Source: Coleofasciculus sp. B1-GNL1-01 (lineage in GTDB: Bacteria; Cyanobacteriota; Cyanobacteriia; Cyanobacteriales; Coleofasciculaceae). From it: a stretch of DNA of 64,000 nt. The DNA lies in assembly GCA_040220235.1 (NCBI GenBank), contig JAVJTO010000051.1. The stretch is one strand, 5' to 3'. A program made the translations under genes and the position numbers. Numbering within the stretch: position 1 is the first letter of the stretch; each line of letters begins with the position of its first letter. A model generated the notes under the pieces. The model was given only the letters and a program-made list of their open reading frames with translations, was not told where the DNA came from and did not search any database. Positions 50,700 to 58,564 of this stretch are shown in pieces.

Positions 50700-51527
50700 T
50701 TACAACTCCATCTCCCCCAAGACAACACCCCTCACCACTTCCGCCCAACCCTGAGAACCGGGTGCGGGTGCGACTTGCCATCCTTTACCGGATAATCCGG
50801 GATGAATCCCTTTATTTCCGGGAACAATGATGGGAATATCCACCGCTTCCAGCATCTCCAAGTCATTGGGACTATTGCCTAAACCCAGGGTAGTAATTTT
50901 GGCATCGGGTTGAGCAGATTGGTAGGAATCTACCAACCACTGTACCGCTTTTCCTTTACCTGCCCCAGCACCAATCAAATGACAGAAGCGATCGCCAACA
51001 ACTATCCGGTATCCTAAGTCTTGTACAATCTCGTTCAGGCGTTCTGGTGTCGTTTTGTCTGGAGTCAGAAAGGGTTCGGTAAACTCCCGCGCCTTGGCTT
51101 GTTTGGCTTCATCCCAGGACAATCCTGTCAAGTGACAAATTTCGGCTTCACTCATATCCCCAAATCCCCGCAAGGGTTCATTGAGAACGGTGGCTATTTT
51201 CTCTAATCCCCGTCTTGCTTCAGCATAAGTACAACCTAAGCGATGCAGATGATAACCCGCCCATGGGTTACTTTTGGGTAAGGTTAAGGGGTTATAATCG
51301 AGGGGAACAAAGATACCGCTACCATTTTCCACAATAAACGGATGATTGAGTTTCAGAGATTGGCATAGCGTTTCGACTTCTAGGCGTGTCTTACTGGTAA
51401 CCGGAATAACCGGAACCTGATTATCCTTTAAGGTATTGAGAACAGGAATAGCCTTCTGATAACTATAAGTTTCAGAATCCAGAAGTGTGCCATCTAAGTC
51501 GGTAAAAATAATTAAAAATTTTTTCAT
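50700..51527 (-). CDS. HAD-IIB mannosyl/glucosyl-3-phosphoglycerate phosphatase (GpgP/MpgP-like)
   Basis: FTDLDGTLLD, TSKTR.E, VENG, REFTEPF, GNSPNDLEML. Confidence 0.88.
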   Translation of the reverse strand: MKKFLIIFTDLDGTLLDSETYSYQKAIPVLNTLKDNQVPVIPVTSKTRLEVETLCQSLKLNHPFIVENGSGIFVPLDYNPLTLPKSNPWAGYHLHRLGCTYAEARRGLEKIATVLNEPLRGFGDMSEAEICHLTGLSWDEAKQAKAREFTEPFLTPDKTTPERLNEIVQDLGYRIVVGDRFCHLIGAGAGKGKAVQWLVDSYQSAQPDAKITTLGLGNSPNDLEMLEAVDIPIIVPGNKGIHPGLSGKGWQVAPAPGSQGWAEVVRGVVLGEMEL

Positions 51528-51796
51528 CTTTCATCCTATCAATTCTATTGTAGGGCTAGGTCTAGGAACTGTAGGAGCGGGTTTATCAACTTAAATCAGC
51601 TAATCAGAAATAACGGAACAACAAAACCCGCCCTTGTCAGAAATAACAAAACAAAAAAACGCCCTGATTCATCAGTCTTAAGTCATAAAATACGGAATTA
51701 AAAATTGTAAACTATTTCAATCCATCCAGGATAGGAGCATCACCGAAAACGTTCAGGAGTCAACTGATATACTTAAGAGAACTTAACCACAGACAT

Positions 51797-53509
51797 CTAC
51801 TCACCACCCTGAATGAAATCAGCCTGACGAAGCTGCGCGATCGCGACTCGGTTTTGCTGTAGATTATCTTGGTGTGATTGCTCCTCCTGCATCATCTGTT
51901 CAATATCTTCCTCTTCCCGTTCTAGCTGTGCTTGTAAGGCGGTGATTTGGGATTGGATAATCGCTTTCTGGCGGACAAAATCACGGCGCTTGCGCTCAAA
52001 TTCCTGTTTTCGAGTCACGTTCACGGCTTTTTCTTTTTCCTCTTGAATCCTTCGCGCCGTACCCGTCAGCACCATCCCTTCTCCCAAATAGACATCGACT
52101 AACTCGACTCCCTGCTTGGTTAATTTTAATTCCCGCACCTGATTGGAGTGTTGCATTCCACGAGATTTGAGGATAAAAAATACACGATTGCGTTCGCCAT
52201 TACTCTCCACAAAGCGCACCTCCAGCCAGGTATCCATTAACGAGGAAACGCCGATCTCAGTCTGCTCAACAGGCATCCCCCCTTGGATTAAATTCGTCAA
52301 AAAAACCGTAATTTGTTGGGATTTAAGCAGATCAATCAGACGGAAGAGAAAGGCTTTTGCCTGTAAGAGAGTACCGCCCATCGTCAGATTACTCATCGGG
52401 TCAATAATCACAACCGTGGGCTGAAACTCTTGAATTAAACTGTGGATTTGTACCAGGTGCATTTCTAAGCCATAAGCCGTCGGACGTCTCGCCTGAAACC
52501 GTAACAAGCCTTGGTTGACAAATTCCGGTAAATTAATGCCAACCGATTGCATATTGCGGATAATTTGCTGCGGGGCTTCTTCAAAGGCAAAATAGAGACA
52601 GCGTTCACCCCGCCGACAGGTGGCTTCAGCAAAATGTGCCGCCAACGTCGTTTTTCCCGTTCCCGCTGTACCTGTGATCAGAATACTGCTACCACGAAAA
52701 TATCCCTCTCCTCCCAGCATAGTGTCGAGGCGTTCAATCCCACTCGATATCCGTTCGTGGATTACGGTATGATCTAATCCCACGGATGTAATCGGCAATA
52801 CAGTAATCCCGTCTGAATTAATCAGAAAGGGATAGTCATTTGTCCCATGACTAGACCCCCGGTACTTGACAATTTGCAACTTACGGGTTGAAATATCTTC
52901 GTAGAGACGGTGATCAAGGCGAATCACGCAATCAGAAACATACTCTTCAATGCCATAACGAGTCAGAGAGTTCTCCCCTTTTTCCCCGGTAACAATTGCC
53001 GTAACCCCTTTCGTTTTCAACCAGCGAAATAACCGCCGCAACTCTGCCCGAACAATCGCGGTATTGGACAAGCCAGAAAACAGCACTTCAACGGTATCCA
53101 GGACAACTCGCTTGGCATCGATGGCGTCAATGGCACTACTGAGGCGAATAAATAAAGCTTCTAAATCATAATCCCCAGTTTCTTCAATCTCCTGCGGATC
53201 AATATAAACATAATCAATCAAGAGTTTTTCCGTTGCCGTCAATTCTTCTAAATCCCAACCTAAAGAGGCGACATTTTGCGTCAATTCTGCCGCTGTTTCT
53301 TCAAACGCCATGAACACACCCGGTTCTGAGTAGTCTAGGATACCTCGTACTATAAACTCCATCCCCATTAACGTCTTTCCACACCCGGCTGTTCCACAAA
53401 CCAGAGTTGTTCGTCCTAAAGGCAATCCGCCATCAGTAATTTCGTCTAATCCTTTGATCCCGGTTGGGCATTTGCAAAGTTGATTTTTGGCTAATGTAGT
53501 TTTTGACAC
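51797..53509 (-). CDS. kaiC: Double-domain KaiC homolog (KaiC2-like) with C-terminal coiled coil
   Basis: Two Walker A motifs (GTAGCGKT, GTAGTGKT), FEE twice, EEYVSD, VSSLMD (SS at the phospho-sites), KSRG; Gln/Glu-rich tail. Confidence 0.92.
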   Translation of the reverse strand: MSKTTLAKNQLCKCPTGIKGLDEITDGGLPLGRTTLVCGTAGCGKTLMGMEFIVRGILDYSEPGVFMAFEETAAELTQNVASLGWDLEELTATEKLLIDYVYIDPQEIEETGDYDLEALFIRLSSAIDAIDAKRVVLDTVEVLFSGLSNTAIVRAELRRLFRWLKTKGVTAIVTGEKGENSLTRYGIEEYVSDCVIRLDHRLYEDISTRKLQIVKYRGSSHGTNDYPFLINSDGITVLPITSVGLDHTVIHERISSGIERLDTMLGGEGYFRGSSILITGTAGTGKTTLAAHFAEATCRRGERCLYFAFEEAPQQIIRNMQSVGINLPEFVNQGLLRFQARRPTAYGLEMHLVQIHSLIQEFQPTVVIIDPMSNLTMGGTLLQAKAFLFRLIDLLKSQQITVFLTNLIQGGMPVEQTEIGVSSLMDTWLEVRFVESNGERNRVFFILKSRGMQHSNQVRELKLTKQGVELVDVYLGEGMVLTGTARRIQEEKEKAVNVTRKQEFERKRRDFVRQKAIIQSQITALQAQLEREEEDIEQMMQEEQSHQDNLQQNRVAIAQLRQADFIQGGE

Positions 53510-53725
53510 GGATTGCCCCTCCTCAGATTTTTGTTAGTCGTGGACTGGTGAAAATGAGCCACCATTATCCCTCACCTTATCCTATATAGAAAACATGAGG
53601 AATTTATGACGATTGGAGGTAGGAGGCAGGAGGAAATGATGACGGGCAACAAGGAACATAATATTACCATTAAATCGGGCGCACGTCGGTAAATCGGGCG
53701 CACGTCGGTGCGCCCCTACAGATAT

Positions 53726-53746
53726 TACTGAACTGATTCTTTATAA
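53726..53746. repeat. 21-bp direct repeat of the 3' end of the kinase gene (other copy at 55170-55190)
   Basis: tactgaactgattctttataa vs tactgaactgattcttgataa, 20/21 identical. Confidence 0.8.
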
Positions 53747-53847
53747 GCTGTCACGCATTTAAATTGGGTATAGGTAGTGAGCAAGATGCTCACACTACGA
53801 CAAGGATTTGGCAATTTTTGACATTAAGGTTTAAATGCCGAACAGCT
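53746..53847 (+). mobile_element. MITE-like element with an internal REP hairpin
   Basis: Termini agctgtcacgcatttaaa / tttaaatgccgaacagct; internal gtagtgagcaagatgctcacactac; second copy at 43168. Confidence 0.72.
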
Positions 53848-53901
53848 GAGACTGGCAAAGTAAGATAAACTTCTAAACTCGTAGACTATTCCCATGCCCC
53901 A

Positions 53902-55038
53902 ATGACTCGATTTCCTCACGACCAATTCGCCAAGGACTATCTTGACCAACTCTTGTCCCCTATCGGAAAAGTGGAAACCAGTCGCGACATTGCTGGGGAA
54001 GTGCGAGAGGTTGACGTTTTATTTATCCCCACCTCTATCTCAAATGACTACCTCCTCTCTCTGGGACTTTTAGGGCGCTTTGTCACAACTCCTGCTGTCT
54101 TTGAACCTTTTCGCAACGCCGTCACCGCCGATCAAATTTGTGATTGTCTGGCTAAACTGTTTGACCTACATCGGGAATTAAGACGACGCGCCAGACGGGA
54201 GTCCACTTCCATTAATCTGAGTGAACTCTCCCAATTATGGATACTCACCCCCACCGCCTCAACACCCTTACTCGATAGCTTTGGAGCCTTCAGTGATGAG
54301 CAAAACTGGTTAAGTGGACTCTACTTTCTCCCCCAAGCTTTCCGAACAGCCATCGTCGTCATTCACCAACTCCCCCGTACCCCCCAAACCCTATGGTTGA
54401 GACTTTTGGGAAAGGGCAGAGTCCAACAGCAAGCCATCGAGGAGATCACCGCATTACCCGAAGACAGCCAACGGCGGGAGTCTACGCTAGAGTTATTGTA
54501 TAACTTGCAAGCCAACTTACAAGCCAATCAAGAACAACCCTTAGATACAGAGGAGAGGGAGTTAATTATGGCATTAGCACCCCTTTATCGGCAACAACTG
54601 GATGCGGCTCGGCAACAAGCCAGGGAAGAAGCTATGCAACAGGGATTACAACAAGGATTACAACAGGGTCTACAACAGGGTCTACAACAGGGACAACGGC
54701 TGATTATCGAAAACGTTCTCCAGACTCGCTTGGGACAGTTAACCTCTACCCTCGCTGCTTTAATCACTCCCTTATCGGCATTGCCCTCTCAGCAGTTAAC
54801 TCCCTTTCTACTGCAACTGTCTCAACTCGAAAATAGTGAATCAGGAATTCAACAGGCACAACGTTTCATTGTCGAAAATTTACTCAGAATTCGTTTTGGA
54901 GAATTGGACGCTCAACTCACCGCACTGGTTACTCCTTTATTAGGATTACCCCCCCAAGACTTAAGCCAATACCTCTCACAATTGTCTCAACTATCCCGTG
55001 AGCAACTCCTGGCTCGATTTCCCCAAGCCAGTTCTTAA
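53902..55038 (+). CDS. Rpn/DUF4351-like cyanobacterial multicopy protein with QQGL repeats
   Basis: MTRFPHDQFAKDYL..EVDV..FEPFR; (QQGL)n; duplicated IxENxL..RxGxL C-terminal module. Confidence 0.8.
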   Translation: MTRFPHDQFAKDYLDQLLSPIGKVETSRDIAGEVREVDVLFIPTSISNDYLLSLGLLGRFVTTPAVFEPFRNAVTADQICDCLAKLFDLHRELRRRARRESTSINLSELSQLWILTPTASTPLLDSFGAFSDEQNWLSGLYFLPQAFRTAIVVIHQLPRTPQTLWLRLLGKGRVQQQAIEEITALPEDSQRRESTLELLYNLQANLQANQEQPLDTEERELIMALAPLYRQQLDAARQQAREEAMQQGLQQGLQQGLQQGLQQGQRLIIENVLQTRLGQLTSTLAALITPLSALPSQQLTPFLLQLSQLENSESGIQQAQRFIVENLLRIRFGELDAQLTALVTPLLGLPPQDLSQYLSQLSQLSREQLLARFPQASS

Positions 55039-55165
55039 ACGTTCCGTTGTCGTTTCCTCAGAGGAGCGAGCTGGGGGAAGTTTGACCCTTCTTAACCCTC
55101 GAGGGCATGGCGCGTGAATTTTGAGTCTTGAGTTCGCAAAGATAAATGATACAGCAAATTTCAGG

Positions 55166-56701
55166 TTAATACTGAACTGATTCTTGATAAACTGGCAACG
55201 TAAAATAAAAGGTACTCCCAGAACCTAGGGTACTTTCCGCCCAAATTTCCCCCCCATGTTGCTGGATAATGCTGCGGCAAATCGCCAATCCTAAACCGGT
55301 ACCTCCTTTTTGGCGGGAATCGGAAACATCGACTTGCTGAAATCGCCCAAAGATGCGTTCAAGGTGTTCCCGGGGAATTCCTCGTCCTTGGTCGGTAACT
55401 TGAAATAAAATACAATCTGACTGATGTTGCACACCCACGGTGATCGTGGTATTTCTCTCAGAAAACTTGATCGCATTACTCAACAGATTCGTCAGGGTTT
55501 GAATAATAGTATCAGGGGCAACATAAACTTGAGCCGTTAGGGGAGTCACCTGGATAGCAATTCCCGCCGCCTCTGCGATCGCATCTATCGCTTCCACGGA
55601 ATGGTTGATTAAATCTGCCACATCGCAGACTTCCTTGACTAAGGTTACTTGACCAGAATCCAAGCGTTCTAAACTGAGGATGTCATTCACCAACCGCCCT
55701 AAGCGATCGCAGTCTCCCGCCGCTATATCTAACATCCGTTTGGCTTTGTCAGGTTGATCATCATAGACTCCCATCTTAAGCAAACCCAGAGAACCGCGCA
55801 TTGAGGTGAGTGGGGTGCGAAGTTCATGACTCACCAGGGAGATGAATTCATTTTTCATCCGTTCCACCGCTTGACGCTGGGTAATATCTTCGCCAATACT
55901 CATCAATCCTGCGATCGCGCCAGTAATATCTCGGAGTACGGTATTATTCCACGCAATCAGTCGTTCTTCACCGGATTTAGTCCGAATGGAGTTCTGGTAG
56001 TAGGTGTGGCTATTGTGGTATAAAAGTTCATGGAAAACCTGCTTCAGTTGCGGCTGATCGGAGGGTGGGATAAATAGGTTGAACCAGTTTTTGCCAACAA
56101 CTTCAGCCTGAGTATAACCCATTAAACCTAAACCAAAGGGATTCATATACTCCACATTCCCCTGCCAATCTAAGCCAATAACCAGCAGTTGCACATTCTC
56201 CAAGAGCGATCGCCATCGACGTTCCGTTTCTTGCAGGATCTGTTGGGTTTGATGATGCACGCGAATCTCTTGCTGTAAACGGGTATTTTGTTCGGTGAGT
56301 TGCTGGGTTAACGCCCGCAGTTGCAGGTGAGTCTGGACGCGAAGTAACACCTCTTCAAGCTGAATTGGCTTGCTGATATAGTCTACAGCACCCAGCTTTA
56401 GCCCCTTAATCTTGTAACTAGGATTGGCGCGATCGGCAACGGCTGTCATAAAAATAACTGGAATATCTTGGGTTTCCTCCTGCGCTTTTAAACGACGACA
56501 GACTTCAAACCCGTCCATTTCTGGCATCACCACATCCAACAAAATTAGATCCGGTGAGGTTATTGCCACAATTTTTAACGCTTGGACGCCACTTTTAACC
56601 GCGAGGACGTTAAATCCTGCTTTCATTAACCAATCTGAGACTAATTGCAGATTAGCCACAGTATCATCAACCAATAAGATTTGGGGCAATTGGGAATACA
56701 T
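55166..56701 (-). CDS. Hybrid sensor kinase (REC-PAS-HisKA-HATPase)
   Basis: ILLVDD..DLILLDVVMP..DYISKP; PAS ending GEDITQR; SHELRTPL; NLLSNAIKF; GTGLGL; ATG of MYSQL at 56701 preferred. Confidence 0.93.
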   Translation of the reverse strand: MYSQLPQILLVDDTVANLQLVSDWLMKAGFNVLAVKSGVQALKIVAITSPDLILLDVVMPEMDGFEVCRRLKAQEETQDIPVIFMTAVADRANPSYKIKGLKLGAVDYISKPIQLEEVLLRVQTHLQLRALTQQLTEQNTRLQQEIRVHHQTQQILQETERRWRSLLENVQLLVIGLDWQGNVEYMNPFGLGLMGYTQAEVVGKNWFNLFIPPSDQPQLKQVFHELLYHNSHTYYQNSIRTKSGEERLIAWNNTVLRDITGAIAGLMSIGEDITQRQAVERMKNEFISLVSHELRTPLTSMRGSLGLLKMGVYDDQPDKAKRMLDIAAGDCDRLGRLVNDILSLERLDSGQVTLVKEVCDVADLINHSVEAIDAIAEAAGIAIQVTPLTAQVYVAPDTIIQTLTNLLSNAIKFSERNTTITVGVQHQSDCILFQVTDQGRGIPREHLERIFGRFQQVDVSDSRQKGGTGLGLAICRSIIQQHGGEIWAESTLGSGSTFYFTLPVYQESVQY

Positions 56702-56894
56702 GAAAGGATTGGCATGACTGAATTTGACAAAAAGCGGCAAATTGCCATTTTCATTTTTGCATAATTTGGCTGGTCTGAACTCAGACCTGGCAGCGTTTTC
56801 AGTCCGCCTATTTCATCTAGCTCAATCCTTATCGGTTTGATCAATAATCTTATCGGTCAAACCCGTCCCAACAATTATAATTTTGTTTGAATCT

Positions 56895-57803
56895 TCACTT
56901 TGTCAAAAGCTGAACCAATTCCTGAGTGATGGGAAAACCCGTTTTAGACTCGACATGTAAAAACATCGGGCTAGGATTTGCCTCTAAAAATACATACTCA
57001 CCCTGGGGACTCAGACGCCAATCAATGGCTGTCCACTCCAGCATTAAGGCTTTGGTAATAGCTAAACACTGCTGTTGAACCCTGTCTGGTAATTCGACTG
57101 GACGTAATTCCGCCTGTAAGTCTTGCCGAAAGTCCAAAGCCGGAGAGCGAATTTCCACAGAATAGACAGATCCATTAATCACATAACTGCGAATATTTGT
57201 TCCGGGAATATATTCTTGTATTGTAACTGGCGAAAGACCGAGAACTAATTGCAGTCGTTCCGGTTCTAAGTGAGATTCTTTAAGCAACTGAGTATGTGTC
57301 CCGCCATAGACGGGCTTAAAAACTAGCATGGGCTGAGATTGAGCGAATTTAAGGACTTGCTCTGAATCATTACTAATTAAAGTCGCTGGAATCGCTATTC
57401 CTAATTGTTTGACTCGACTCAATTGGAGAGGTTTTTCTTTGTGAAATTGATAGGCTTGCCAAGAATTAACCCAACGAGCTGGGCAGGCTTGTATTAGAGT
57501 TCGCAGCGCACTCATTGAATCATTCAAGGCAATTCTTTGCTGTTCTGGCTCCAGATATGAGGGCAGATCAATACTGGAAAGACTACGCCAAAATACGCTA
57601 TGAATATCTTGAAAGTCTAACTTAACACCTTCAGGTAAGTTTAAACAACCCAACTGAGTATCAGGTTGCCAAGACATTTTTAACTGAGTAGGAAATAAGT
57701 GAGTATCTAAATAATAGACGGTTGCTCCTGCCTGGGTGAGCGCATTTTTCAGGTGTACAGCATGGACATCTTCAGAGTTGCCGAGGATTAAAATATTCAT
57801 CAA
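56895..57803 (-). CDS. RimK-like ATP-grasp ligase, probable graspetide synthetase
   Basis: SVFWR, WVN..AYQFHKEKPLQL..A.P.TLISND, KPVYGG, IQEYIPG, DFR, AIDW..YVFLEANPSP. Confidence 0.88.
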   Translation of the reverse strand: MMNILILGNSEDVHAVHLKNALTQAGATVYYLDTHLFPTQLKMSWQPDTQLGCLNLPEGVKLDFQDIHSVFWRSLSSIDLPSYLEPEQQRIALNDSMSALRTLIQACPARWVNSWQAYQFHKEKPLQLSRVKQLGIAIPATLISNDSEQVLKFAQSQPMLVFKPVYGGTHTQLLKESHLEPERLQLVLGLSPVTIQEYIPGTNIRSYVINGSVYSVEIRSPALDFRQDLQAELRPVELPDRVQQQCLAITKALMLEWTAIDWRLSPQGEYVFLEANPSPMFLHVESKTGFPITQELVQLLTK

Positions 57804-58065
57804 TCAAATCGGAATTCTCGATCAGGTGAGTTAGGAAAGATACCAATTAAGCCAATCAGTGTTGAATGTAATATCTACCTTAACTCACCAATTATAAGCC
57901 TTTAGCGCTTGCTCAATCATCTCTAAACTATGAAGCCGCAGTTAGAGAAATATCTGGCAACTTCATAATTTCTCTGACTGTTGACTGGGGAGGTATTTCT
58001 GCCATCTTATAGGAGAGTGTTGGCTGGCGTAACCCCAGTTCAATGACCAACAGTATGCTGATGTT

Positions 58066-58332
58066 CTAGATGAATGTAGACCAATCTAGGTCTCCACCCT
58101 CTTCACCTAACGCTGCACTTGTAACCCCTCCAGCATCAACGGGAAGCTTGGGAACGGTAAAGGGAAGGGGAAATCGTCTTGGAGGCTGCATATAACCGCC
58201 TTCTTCACCCACTGCCATAGTTGTAGCTTGTGCTGTTCCTCCTGTCACTTGTGAATTGTCTTCACTTATAACATCTTCCAGGTCATCAAGATGTTCTAAG
58301 TCCGAAACGTCTAGTTCAAATGGATGTTTCAT
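58066..58332 (-). CDS. Graspetide (omega-ester peptide) precursor with two cores
   Basis: Acidic leader ending SQVTGG; cores ATTMAVGEEGG and VTSAALGEEGG; co-oriented immediately upstream of the ATP-grasp gene. Confidence 0.82.
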   Translation of the reverse strand: MKHPFELDVSDLEHLDDLEDVISEDNSQVTGGTAQATTMAVGEEGGYMQPPRRFPLPFTVPKLPVDAGGVTSAALGEEGGDLDWSTFI

Positions 58333-58564
58333 GATTTTCTCTTAAACTCTAATATTAGATAATCATATTTTTGCCATCAACACATGCCAATTTGGCAGTA
58401 AAATATTATAAATCTACCTTTAGTAAATTTTACCCGATGATAATATTTGCGCCTTAGGGTCAGAGTGTACAGCAAAAGCGTGGGACGATCATCTCTCTTC
58501 AGGAGGGGCAACACCCCACACCCCACACCCAGTCTCTCTACCCTTCAGTGCGTGACAGCCAACC

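Noticed and set aside
56895..58332. Microviridin cluster
   Set aside because: No PFFARFL leader or TxKYPSD core, and only one ligase
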